In this document: positions 28,372 to 37,225 of the stretch, in pieces
How the letters are laid out: the number at the start of each line of letters is the position of its first letter
Numbering within the stretch: the stretch's first letter is position 1
Assembly: GCA_022739635.1 (NCBI GenBank)
Contig: JAIIUG010000001.1
Location: 7,185 to 71,184, forward strand
Length of the DNA stretch: 64,000 nucleotides
Source of the DNA: Collinsella sp.
Lineage (GTDB): Bacteria > Actinomycetota > Coriobacteriia > Coriobacteriales > Coriobacteriaceae
Direction of reading: 5' to 3'
The notes under the pieces: generated by a model
Told to the model about the DNA's origin: nothing
Database searches by the model: none
What the model saw: only the letters and a program-made list of their open reading frames with translations
Position numbers and translations under genes: made by a program

Positions 28372-29184
28372 ATGACAGCTATCGATCGGGGCCGGGCGAC
28401 CGCGGCCTTCAAACGCTATACCGATGCTTACGATGCCGCCAATCCGCGCATCGCACTCAAGATCGAACATACCTATCACGTGGCGGAAGCGTGCGATACC
28501 GTGGCGCGTGAGCAGGGCTGGTCACCGCAGGACATTGACCTGGCGTGGCTTTGTGGGCTGTTACACGATATGGGCCGCTTTGAGCAGCTGCGACGCTGGG
28601 ACACCTTTAAGGACGCCGAGAGTATGAGCCATGCAGCGTTGGGCGTCGGGGTCCTCTTTGGCGAGAACCCCGACGACGCGCCTGCCACAACAAGCATCCG
28701 AGATTTTATCGAGGCCGACGAGCACGACGAGCTCATCCGCGCGAGCATCGCCTATCACAGCGATTTCCGTCTACCCGCGCAGCTCGACGAGCGCACGCGG
28801 CGCTTCTGCGATATCGTGCGCGATGGCGACAAGATCGACATCATGCGAACCATCGCTGACAGCACCGTCGAGACCATCCTTAAGGTGGATGAGGACGCGT
28901 TTCTTGCCAGCCACTTCTCGGCACCGGCGCTTGCCGCCTTTGACGAGCACCGCTGCGTCGCACGCGATGAACGCGACGAACCCGCCGACTACCTGGTGGG
29001 ACTCATCTGCTTTATGTTTGAGCTCGTCTATCCGGCAAGCCGCGCGCTGGCGCGCGAGCAGGGCGATATCTACCGCCTGCTCGACGCGCCCTTTGGCATT
29101 ACGCGCTCCTTTACCGATTCCGCCACGCAAGCGACCTGGGAGCGCCTAAAGGACGAGATGCGCGACTGGCTGGCGCGCGCCTAA
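28372..29184 (+). CDS. HD-domain metal-dependent phosphohydrolase
   Basis: Motifs HTYHVAE and LLHDMGRFEQ (an H..HD pattern). SD AGGAAG upstream. Substrate unknown. Confidence 0.75.
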   Translation: MTAIDRGRATAAFKRYTDAYDAANPRIALKIEHTYHVAEACDTVAREQGWSPQDIDLAWLCGLLHDMGRFEQLRRWDTFKDAESMSHAALGVGVLFGENPDDAPATTSIRDFIEADEHDELIRASIAYHSDFRLPAQLDERTRRFCDIVRDGDKIDIMRTIADSTVETILKVDEDAFLASHFSAPALAAFDEHRCVARDERDEPADYLVGLICFMFELVYPASRALAREQGDIYRLLDAPFGITRSFTDSATQATWERLKDEMRDWLARA

Positions 29185-30386
29185 CGCTCAAGCTGGTCCA
29201 GCAGCTCCTCGACGACCTCGACGGCATCACCGACAACCTTGTACTGCGCAGCGCCAAAGATGGGAGCATCCGGGTCCTCGTTGATGGCGATAATGCACTC
29301 CGCCCCACCGATGCCGGCAAGATGCTGAATGGCGCCCGAAACACCGATACTCACGAGAAGCTTGGGCGAAACCGATACGCCCGTCTGACCAATCTGATGG
29401 CGATACTCCAACCAGCCGGCCTCAACGACAGGTCGCGTGCAGCCAAGCTCGGCTCCCAGGGCCTCGGCGAGCCTTCGCATCAGCGGCAGGTTTTTCTTGG
29501 AACCAATGCCGCGGCCCACCACGACCAGGCGCTCGGCATCGGCGATCGAAGCCTGCTGCCCCCACTCCTCGGCGGGAATCGAGATCTCGACACGAGCCTT
29601 AGCATCATCCGCAAGTGATATCTGGGTGATCGTGCCGGAGCGGCTATAGTCAAAGTCGGGCGCCTTAAAGATGCCGGGACGCACCGTTGCCATCTGGGGA
29701 CGATGATTAGGGCAGACGATGGTGGCCATCAGGTTGCCGCCAAACGCCGGGCGCGTCTGCTGCAGCAAGCCCGTCTCCGCATCCATCGAAAGTACGGTGC
29801 AGTCAGCCGTAAGGCCCGTCTGCAAACGCACGGCAACGCCGGGTGCCAGTTCGCGGCCAAAGGCGGTCGCACCGTACAGAATAGCCTCGGGCTTGCGCTC
29901 TGCCACCAAATCACAGATCAGCCGGGCGTAGACCTCCGCATCGTTCTGGCGCAGACGCTCGTCGCGACAGACCAGGACCTCGTCTGCACCGGCGCAAACC
30001 AAATGCTCCAGGTCCCCGAGCGAGCCCTCGGGGCCCATGCCGACCAGCGCCACCAGGCGACAGCCGCGTGCATCGGCAAGCTCGCGGCCCTTGCCCATGA
30101 GCTCATAGGCAACGGGAGTCACGGCGTCGTGCTCGTCAGTCTGCACGAAGACCCAAATGTCTCGATATGCGTCAAGGTCTGCCGCGCCGGCGGCCTCGTC
30201 GCGCTCGATCGAGATGGCATTGACGGGGCAGGCGTCGACGCACCCGCCGCATAGGATGCAGCCGTCGGTTACGCGGGCACAACGGCTGGGCCGCTCGCCT
30301 TCCACTACGATGCCGCCCGAGGCACAGGCGCGAACGCAGCGACCGCAGCCGATACAGGCTTCGCTATCGATAATCAGTCCGCTCAT
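29181..30386 (-). CDS. etfA: Electron transfer flavoprotein alpha subunit with an N-terminal 2x[4Fe-4S] ferredoxin domain
   Basis: Two Cys clusters (CIGCGRCVRAC and CILCGGCVDACP) are followed by an EtfA body with the FAD motif GVSGAIQHLAGI. Confidence 0.85.
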   Translation of the reverse strand: MSGLIIDSEACIGCGRCVRACASGGIVVEGERPSRCARVTDGCILCGGCVDACPVNAISIERDEAAGAADLDAYRDIWVFVQTDEHDAVTPVAYELMGKGRELADARGCRLVALVGMGPEGSLGDLEHLVCAGADEVLVCRDERLRQNDAEVYARLICDLVAERKPEAILYGATAFGRELAPGVAVRLQTGLTADCTVLSMDAETGLLQQTRPAFGGNLMATIVCPNHRPQMATVRPGIFKAPDFDYSRSGTITQISLADDAKARVEISIPAEEWGQQASIADAERLVVVGRGIGSKKNLPLMRRLAEALGAELGCTRPVVEAGWLEYRHQIGQTGVSVSPKLLVSIGVSGAIQHLAGIGGAECIIAINEDPDAPIFGAAQYKVVGDAVEVVEELLDQLER

Positions 30387-31208
30387 CTATGCCATCCCCT
30401 CGATAATCTTGGCAAGTTTCGCCGCCTGCTCGGACGCCGTTCCGTCAACGGCCTCGCACGTTTGGTCGCGGTCGGGCACAAACGATCGCACGACCTGTGT
30501 CGGCGAGCCGGCAAGGCCGCAGCGCGCGGGGTCGGCGTTCACGTCGGCAGCGTTGACCACGCGCACGTCCGCCTCCTCGGCCGCACGAATACCGGCAATG
30601 CTCGGCATACGCAGTTGGCCAATCTCCTTGGCGGTCGTCATCGCACACGGCATCTCAAGATAGACCGTCTCCTCGCCGGCATCGCAGCCGTGAACAAGCG
30701 CCAGCGAACCACAGGTCGTAAAGCCCGCGCTCTGCACGCAGCTCACGTCGGTCACGCAGGGAATCTCAAAGGCTCCGGCAAGCTCGGGACCAATCTGGGC
30801 CGTATCGCCGTCAACTGCCATCTTGCCGCAAATGAGCAGGTCAAAATCCTCGTCGAGCGCCTCGATGCCGCACTTGAGGGCATAGGTGGTTGCCAGGGTA
30901 TCTGCACCTGCAAAGGCGCGGTCGGTCAGCAGCAGTGCGTCATCGGCGCCTCGGGCGATGCAGTCGCGCAATAGCGATTCGGTCGCGGGGATGCCCATCG
31001 ACACCACCGTTACGCGCACGTCCATGCCAAAGCCGATAAAGTCGTCCTTGAGCGACAACGCGCATTCCAGAGCGCTTGCATCGAACGGGTTGATGACCGC
31101 CTGCTTGCCGTCACGCACAATCGTATTGGTTTTGGGGTCCATCTTGACCTCGGTGCTGCCCGGCACCGCCTTGACGCACACCACCATATGGAAATCGCTC
31201 ATCTTCAC
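30387..31208 (-). CDS. etfB: Electron transfer flavoprotein beta subunit
   Basis: N-terminus VVCVKAVPGSTEVKMDPKTNTIVRDG is typical of EtfB/FixA. The gene abuts etfA and overlaps the upstream dehydrogenase stop by 4 nt. Confidence 0.85.
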   Translation of the reverse strand: MKMSDFHMVVCVKAVPGSTEVKMDPKTNTIVRDGKQAVINPFDASALECALSLKDDFIGFGMDVRVTVVSMGIPATESLLRDCIARGADDALLLTDRAFAGADTLATTYALKCGIEALDEDFDLLICGKMAVDGDTAQIGPELAGAFEIPCVTDVSCVQSAGFTTCGSLALVHGCDAGEETVYLEMPCAMTTAKEIGQLRMPSIAGIRAAEEADVRVVNAADVNADPARCGLAGSPTQVVRSFVPDRDQTCEAVDGTASEQAAKLAKIIEGMA

Positions 31209-32806
31209 GCGCCCCCTTTCTGGACAAGCTCATCCAAGAGCTTCTCCGAAAACAGGTTTCCGCGACCCAGCTGCCTGGCAGGATCGAGCTGGAGCTTGAG
31301 CCGCGCCGACTCGACCATGGCCTCGTGACCGTACATCGTCTCCAAGAAGCCCGCCTTGATCTTGCCGACGCCGTGTTCGGCGGAGACGGCGCCGCCCATG
31401 GCCGTGACCTCGGAAGCCCACTGGGCAAAGAGTTCTCCGCCGCAGCGGTAATCCTGCGCATCGCGCGGCAGAATGTTCACATGCAGATGGTTGTTACCGA
31501 TATGCCCCCAGGCGGCAGATTCAAGCCCACTTTCGGCCAACGTGCGACGATAAAGGGCGATGACATCGGCCAAGCGTGCGTTGGGCACCGACATGTCCGA
31601 GCCCAGTTTGGTGATGGTGGGATCCGTGCGGCGACGCTCGTCAATGAGCATGTTAACGCTCTCGGGCACCGCATGGCGGAAGAATCGCTGACGCTCGCGA
31701 TCCGCCTCGGTGCGCGCGACCCATGTCGCATCGTCGCTGCCGCCCGCAAGCTCCAGTACCCACCCCAAGTGATACAGCTCCTCAGTCGCCTGGACTTCGT
31801 CGTCGCAGTCGAGCTCCACGTAGACACAGACCTTGGCGTCTTTGTCGAGCGCCGGCAGCGAGGCGAACGCGGTCGACTGCTCACGCTGACGACGTAGGAT
31901 ATCCAGGGCGCCCGCATCGAAATATTCGATGGCGGCCGCGTGGGACAGGACGGGACGCACAGAATCTGTGAAGGACACGGCCTTGTCTTCGCTGTCAAAG
32001 AAGCAGCTCACGCCCCAAACGACCGCAGGCGACGTCTGCAGGGCAATCTCGAGCTCGGTGATGACGCCGAGTGTGCCACATGCACCGATAAACAGATCGA
32101 TGGCATCCATATCGTCAGCAACGAAATAGCCCGAAGCATTTTTGGTCTTGGGCATGGTGTAGTCGGGAAGATCGAGCTCGAGCGTGCGGCCCTGCACCGT
32201 GACGAGCGAAAGGCGACGACCCTGTGCAAAAACCTCGCCACGGTGGAGCTCGAGCAGGTCGCCATCGGTCAGCGCGACATGAAGGCCCGTGACGTGAGGG
32301 CGCATGGGACCGTAAGCGTAGCTACGGGCGCCGGAAGCGTTGCATGCCGCCATACCGCCCAAGCAGGCAGATGCCTCGGTGGGATCGGTGGGAAAGAATT
32401 GCTCGGGAGCTTCCTGGAACTCCTCGTAGGCTTCAAGCGATGCCTGGTCCCAGCCGGCAGTCGGCAGCACTTTCTTGCCCAGTTGCTTGCGCAGCTCAGA
32501 CAGCACGACGCCGGGCGCCACACGCAAAAGAAAGCGGCCCTGCTCATCGCGGCGAATGCCTAGGTAGCGATTCATGCGGGAAGTATTGAGAATGTGACCG
32601 CCATGAGGCACGGCGCCGGCGGCAAGACCGGTCCGGGCACCCTGAACCGTCACCGGCACACGCTCGGCATGGAGCTTTTTCAAAATGGCGCGAACCTCGT
32701 CCTCCGTTGTCGGAAACGAGATGCTCGAGGCCTCGCCCGATGTGCGAGACTCATCGCGGCCATACTCCTCGAACTCGTCGGTGAAGGGTTTGATGGTTGC
32801 AGACAC
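31205..32806 (-). CDS. FAD-binding oxidoreductase (GlcD / D-lactate dehydrogenase-like)
   Basis: GTG start with SD AAGGGGGAG. FAD_binding_4-type segment PVTVQGARTGLAAGAVP. C-terminal motif SAEHGVGKIK. It is the first gene of the operon with etfBA. Confidence 0.85.
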   Translation of the reverse strand: MSATIKPFTDEFEEYGRDESRTSGEASSISFPTTEDEVRAILKKLHAERVPVTVQGARTGLAAGAVPHGGHILNTSRMNRYLGIRRDEQGRFLLRVAPGVVLSELRKQLGKKVLPTAGWDQASLEAYEEFQEAPEQFFPTDPTEASACLGGMAACNASGARSYAYGPMRPHVTGLHVALTDGDLLELHRGEVFAQGRRLSLVTVQGRTLELDLPDYTMPKTKNASGYFVADDMDAIDLFIGACGTLGVITELEIALQTSPAVVWGVSCFFDSEDKAVSFTDSVRPVLSHAAAIEYFDAGALDILRRQREQSTAFASLPALDKDAKVCVYVELDCDDEVQATEELYHLGWVLELAGGSDDATWVARTEADRERQRFFRHAVPESVNMLIDERRRTDPTITKLGSDMSVPNARLADVIALYRRTLAESGLESAAWGHIGNNHLHVNILPRDAQDYRCGGELFAQWASEVTAMGGAVSAEHGVGKIKAGFLETMYGHEAMVESARLKLQLDPARQLGRGNLFSEKLLDELVQKGGA

Positions 32807-33152
32807 GCGAACTCCCCCTTTAGCTAACTACAGTGTTTGCAGGGAGATGTTACCGCATCGTTTCGTCGACGTGTTCGAGACCGTCTCCATAATTGGCAAT
32901 TTTTACGTTCGTGCAATTCGGCGAGCGGCAAGGTTTCCTCGGCAGACGATGCTTTTGACACATGTCGCTTTACCGCCAGCGACCACGCAATTGTCGCTCG
33001 AAAAAAGTTGAAGTATTTTTTACCACCTTTTACCTGCGGAGATGTCAATCCGTCAAGCATTTGGTCAGAAATTGGTCAAGTAGTGACTGATACGGTCGGC
33101 ATCAACAGCCAAAACCAATGGAAGTTTTGGCCCCAGAAGCAGGGAGGTTCCC

Positions 33153-33449
33153 ATGGCATATTACTGGCCCCAGTACGGCGTCGCCATCGAGGTCGACGAC
33201 GATCCCTATCTCCTGCCTTTCGACGAAGAGGCGTTCCCCGATACGGCGGTCTACCACGTCACCACCGATGTTATCTGCGACCCCGAGTCGTTCTCGGCGC
33301 TCGCCCACCACATCGCGCGCATCCACAACATCGAGCTCCCTCACGACTTCGACAAGCTCATCTACTCGCGCCGCCTGATGCTTCACATGCTCTTTGGAGC
33401 GGACCCGTCCACGTTCGCGCGTGTCTATACCACCAAGGACGCCGCATGA
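33153..33449 (+). CDS. Hypothetical 98-aa protein with a DUF559/Vsr-like YYWPQYGVAIEVDD motif
   Basis: SD AGGGAGG upstream. Third-position GC is very high in this frame (read by eye). The stop overlaps the next start (ATGA). Confidence 0.6.
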   Translation: MAYYWPQYGVAIEVDDDPYLLPFDEEAFPDTAVYHVTTDVICDPESFSALAHHIARIHNIELPHDFDKLIYSRRLMLHMLFGADPSTFARVYTTKDAA

Positions 33450-33955
33450 GTGCGAAGAAGCTGCCCCGCCTTGCAGGACTGGGGCGACGCAAGAAACTCG
33501 TCGTTGTCTGCCTGGCTATCGCCTGCGCCCTCATCGCCGTAGGGCTATACGCCTGGCAGTCGCAGCCCGTACCCGAAGCGGGCGCCTCAGTCACGACGGC
33601 AGAGGGTAAATCGCGCCAAGAAATCCAAGATGAGCTCGACGCCATCGTCCGCGACAACATGATGACGATCTCGGTCGCACCGGTCGCACAGTTGCAGGAA
33701 GACGGCAAGTTGCGCGTCAACGTGCAAAACGTCCAAGACAACAAGTTTCCCCAGCGTTTCCGCGTGATTCAAAACGACGAGACCATCTATGAGTCCGGTG
33801 TGGTCGAAGCCGGCAAGACGGTTGAGACCTGCCCCGCCGGCGATATCCAAGAAGGCGAGGCATATATCGAGATTCAGGCACTCGATGCCAAGACCTACGA
33901 CACCCACGGCAATCCGACGCGCGTCAAAGTGCGGGTGGCCCAGGCAGAAGGCTAG
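33446..33955 (+). CDS. N-terminally membrane-anchored hypothetical protein
   Basis: Internal start of track ORF 32837..33955 at the ATG 33446 (MSAKKLPRLAGLGRRKKLVVVCLAIACALIAVGLYAWQ). One TM helix is followed by a soluble domain of about 130 aa. Confidence 0.6.
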   Translation: MSAKKLPRLAGLGRRKKLVVVCLAIACALIAVGLYAWQSQPVPEAGASVTTAEGKSRQEIQDELDAIVRDNMMTISVAPVAQLQEDGKLRVNVQNVQDNKFPQRFRVIQNDETIYESGVVEAGKTVETCPAGDIQEGEAYIEIQALDAKTYDTHGNPTRVKVRVAQAEG

Positions 33956-34044
33956 TGGCAGACGCGCTCGCAGGGGCAGCACCCTGCCCCCCCATTCGTC
34001 CAACCATCACGGAAACAGTCCGTGACGAGCAGAAAGGATCGATT

Positions 34045-34647
34045 ATGAACACACCCATGAACCTGAGCGGAGCCAGGGCACTCGCCGTGGGCGCAGGGCT
34101 TACGCTCGCACTTGCGATGGGCGCCGCGCCAACGGCGGCCATGGCAGAGGTGCGCGTTGGAACCACCGATGTGACGGTGAAGGCCGACATTAGCAATGTT
34201 TCGTTTAAGGCGCCAACGGTCATCCCCTTTGCCGCCAATGCCGACGGAACGCTTGTAGGACCCTCCGGCAAGACGCTTACCATCGACAACCTCTCGGCAT
34301 ATGGCATCCACGTCACTAACATGAAGGTCACGGCCAAGAACGACTGGACAATCGCCGCAGACGCAAAAACGGGCTCGGCCCAGAACTCCATCGATTTTAA
34401 GGTTGGCCCCGATAAGGCAGAGAAGGATGCCAGCTCGGCGACTCAGACTACGGGCCTCGATCTTTCCAAAGACGCAAGCTTCGACATGAAGTACCAGGGC
34501 ATTGCCGACGGAACGGACAAAATCAAGCTCAATGTGAGTGGCCACGTCGCCCGCGTCACGCGTGACATCTACCACGCCACCGGTACGGGAGATCAAGTGG
34601 CAAGCATCACCTGGACGGTCGAGCCCGGTGCGCACGCCACGTCCTAA
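34045..34647 (+). CDS. Secreted protein with WxL-like motifs
   Basis: I moved the start to M31 of track ORF 33955..34647 (MNTPMNLSGARALAVGAGLTLALAMGAAPTAAMAEV), with SD AAAGGA. Has a signal peptide. NDWTI and the C-terminal ASITWTVEPG resemble the two W-x-L motifs of WxL surface proteins. Confidence 0.65.
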   Translation: MNTPMNLSGARALAVGAGLTLALAMGAAPTAAMAEVRVGTTDVTVKADISNVSFKAPTVIPFAANADGTLVGPSGKTLTIDNLSAYGIHVTNMKVTAKNDWTIAADAKTGSAQNSIDFKVGPDKAEKDASSATQTTGLDLSKDASFDMKYQGIADGTDKIKLNVSGHVARVTRDIYHATGTGDQVASITWTVEPGAHATS

Positions 34648-34888
34648 GGCGATTGCACTGGCCGCCATCGTCGGCATCTTGGCGTCCGCACCTGCCATGG
34701 CCTTTGCTCAAGAAGAGCAAGCGCAGGCGGCCACAGAAGTGACCGTCGACCTTTCGGGCCTTGATCGCGGCAGCCGCCACGAGCCGCTCGCTCAGACGAG
34801 CGACACCCGGCAACTCATTGCGGTGGGCGTCGCCACGGCGGGAGCAGGACTGACGTGCCTTGGCCTGCACATCAAACGCAACCAATAG
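34628..34888 (+). CDS. Small secreted protein with a sortase-type C-terminal sorting signal (LAQTS + TM + KRNQ)
   Basis: I propose a GTG start at 34628 inside track ORF 34538..34888. Signal peptide KAIALAAIVGILASAPAMAFAQ. The C-terminus reads PLAQTSDTRQ-LIAVGVATAGAGLTCLGLHI-KRNQ. The start choice is uncertain. Confidence 0.5.
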   Translation: MRTPRPKAIALAAIVGILASAPAMAFAQEEQAQAATEVTVDLSGLDRGSRHEPLAQTSDTRQLIAVGVATAGAGLTCLGLHIKRNQ

Positions 34889-34927
34889 CCAAGCACGACC
34901 GGAGTACGCGGAATAGATAGGAGAACC

Positions 34928-36331
34928 ATGGCACCCAAAAACCTTTTGCCCGTTGCCGCGCTCTGCAGCGCACTGGCGAGCGGCACGCCTCTCGCCGCTT
35001 GGGCGACGCCCGCCATGGCAAACTCCTTACCGCAAGCTCTGACCCCCGTGGCGAATTCGTCGGGTATCGTCGCCTGCCAACGTTTTTCGCTCGCACATGC
35101 CACGGTCCGAACCTCGGGATGCCTTCACCGCAATACGGTCGACTCGATAGTCGTGGATATCAAGCGACCGGACAAGGAGAACGGCCCCCAGACAGGTTAT
35201 GCCATCTGCACATGGAAATCGGCTGCAGTCGACGCCGATGGCGACCCATGCGACTTAGAGCTGCGCATCGATATTGACTCGGTCGATGACTCGGCGAACG
35301 GGGCGAAGGTCGTCTTCGACAGCGCGGCCTATGAAGAAGAAGGAGGGGGTGTATGCCTGGGCTGCGTTCCCTCGAATGTCGATGGCGCGCAGCCCATCAT
35401 CTCCTTTACGGCATCGCTGCGACTGACCAAGGCGGGCACCGAAGCCATCGCAACGGGAGATGCGCCTTTGCTGTTCTACGCTGGCGACGCGGACGACCCA
35501 GAGGCTCAAAACAATAGGCAGAAGGGCTCGCTTAACCTCACGCGCGGATCGGAACCCGCCCCCATCAATATCGATACCCAGGCGCAAGGCGTGCAGCGCA
35601 TTCTCGCCGATCCGGCGCTGCTCCAAATGACATGGCACGGAGTGGGGTCCGTCGGGATTGCTGCTCCTATATCTAGCGATAATGACAAATCCCCCAAAGA
35701 CGAGGTCGCAGACGCACCGGCACATGTTGACGATGCAGACGATGCATCATCAGAAGACAACGCTACGGCTCCTCTCGAGAAGCCAGACGGCACCGCCACC
35801 GAATTAGGCGATTCCCAACCGAAAGACGGCCTGGACTTTGCCGCTCCCCCAGATGTCGACGAAGGTAACTGTTGCATGATGGTCGCGCTCGACCACACGG
35901 AAACCGTCGATGCCGCAAGCATTGAGCCAGTCGCTGCCGATGCGCCCCGCCGCAAAAATATCCTCATCGCATTCCCCAATACCGTCGAGCTCGTCTTTTT
36001 GCCTTCGGGTGAAGTCGTCGCGCCTACGGCACTTACAGCAATGGGAGCAAGGAGTGCATCAAACGATATCCAAGCTATCTCGGCACTTGATGCCACAACG
36101 ACCGCCAAGTTACACCTTTATTCCGTTGCAGCAGACGGAACGCGAACCGAAGAATTCGACGGAACCAAGCTTTTGGTTCCTCGTCGCATCGGTATCCAAG
36201 AAGACTTCCCCTATCAAATGGAACTTGAAGGGTTCGATCGTGCACGAGATGCCGACATCATTGCCGCAGCCATCGTATCCCCGCAGCACCTCATGACGCT
36301 GCGCTTCGACTTTAGCCCCGTCCTGTCCTAG
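34928..36331 (+). CDS. Secreted 467-aa hypothetical protein
   Basis: SD AGGAG upstream. Signal peptide MAPKNLLPVAALCSALASGTPLAAWATPAMA. An acidic low-complexity linker sits in the middle. I recognised no family. Confidence 0.65.
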   Translation: MAPKNLLPVAALCSALASGTPLAAWATPAMANSLPQALTPVANSSGIVACQRFSLAHATVRTSGCLHRNTVDSIVVDIKRPDKENGPQTGYAICTWKSAAVDADGDPCDLELRIDIDSVDDSANGAKVVFDSAAYEEEGGGVCLGCVPSNVDGAQPIISFTASLRLTKAGTEAIATGDAPLLFYAGDADDPEAQNNRQKGSLNLTRGSEPAPINIDTQAQGVQRILADPALLQMTWHGVGSVGIAAPISSDNDKSPKDEVADAPAHVDDADDASSEDNATAPLEKPDGTATELGDSQPKDGLDFAAPPDVDEGNCCMMVALDHTETVDAASIEPVAADAPRRKNILIAFPNTVELVFLPSGEVVAPTALTAMGARSASNDIQAISALDATTTAKLHLYSVAADGTRTEEFDGTKLLVPRRIGIQEDFPYQMELEGFDRARDADIIAAAIVSPQHLMTLRFDFSPVLS

Positions 36332-36420
36332 ACCGCTAACCGCCGCTTGGCTCGGATACTGAGCGCTCCCCTCCCCGTTCTGCTACGATTGCCGCGTTGG
36401 CATCAATTACAGGAGGGTTC

Positions 36421-37137
36421 ATGCCGGGTTTAGGAACGATCATCAACGTCGCGCTTTTGATTGCGGGCGGTCTGCTGGGTCTCATGGGTGGGCGCTTCAT
36501 TACGCCCCGCATCCAAGACACGCTCATGAAGGCGTCGGGGTTGTGCGTTCTGTTTATCGGCCTGGGCGGTACCATGCAAAAGATGCTCGTTATCGATGGA
36601 GAGGCATTGGCGACCACCGGTACCACCATGCTTATCGTCTCATTTGCCCTCGGTTCGCTCATCGGCGAGGCCATCAACCTGGAGGCCGCCATCGAGAACC
36701 TCGGCGAATGGCTCAAGCGCAAAACCGGCAGCGAAGGCGACAACGAGTTCACCAACGCCTTTGTCTCGGCATCGCTCACCGTGTGTATCGGCGCCATGGC
36801 CATCGTAGGATCGATTCAGGACGGTCTGCTCGGCGACTGGTCCACGCTTGCCCTGAAGGGCGCGCTGGACTGCATCATCGTCTGCACCATGACGGCCTCG
36901 CTTGGCCGCGGCTGCATCTTCTCGGCCTTGCCCGTTGCCGTATTCCAGGGTACGATCACGCTTTTTGCCGGTGCACTCTCCCCCATCATGACCACCGCAG
37001 CCCTCGACAGCCTTTCGCTTGTGGGCTCCATGCTCATCTTCTGTGTTGGCGTTAACCTTATTCGACCTCAGACCTTCCGCACGGCCAACATGCTCCCCTC
37101 CGTCGTCGTGGCGGTCATCTACGCCCTCCTGTTCTAA
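36421..37137 (+). CDS. DUF554-family membrane protein
   Basis: I moved the start to the ATG at 36421 (MPGLGTIINVALLIAGGLLG), right after SD AGGAGG. The protein is polytopic and the N-terminus is typical of DUF554. Confidence 0.75.
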   Translation: MPGLGTIINVALLIAGGLLGLMGGRFITPRIQDTLMKASGLCVLFIGLGGTMQKMLVIDGEALATTGTTMLIVSFALGSLIGEAINLEAAIENLGEWLKRKTGSEGDNEFTNAFVSASLTVCIGAMAIVGSIQDGLLGDWSTLALKGALDCIIVCTMTASLGRGCIFSALPVAVFQGTITLFAGALSPIMTTAALDSLSLVGSMLIFCVGVNLIRPQTFRTANMLPSVVVAVIYALLF

Positions 37138-37225
37138 ATCTATCTACGCAGCGGTATCTCGAACATCTGTTTGATGCTGTGCTATGATATGAGGTCACCG
37201 AAGCTGCGTTAGGAGAGGAGAAGCG

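Noticed and set aside
32837-33955. Long N-terminal extensions in the ORF track (for example 32837..33955, 49509..52430, 46628..47590 and 19743..23597)
   Set aside because: The extensions cross intergenic or low-GC sequence or overlap other genes. Internal starts with good SD sequences and canonical N-termini were preferred.
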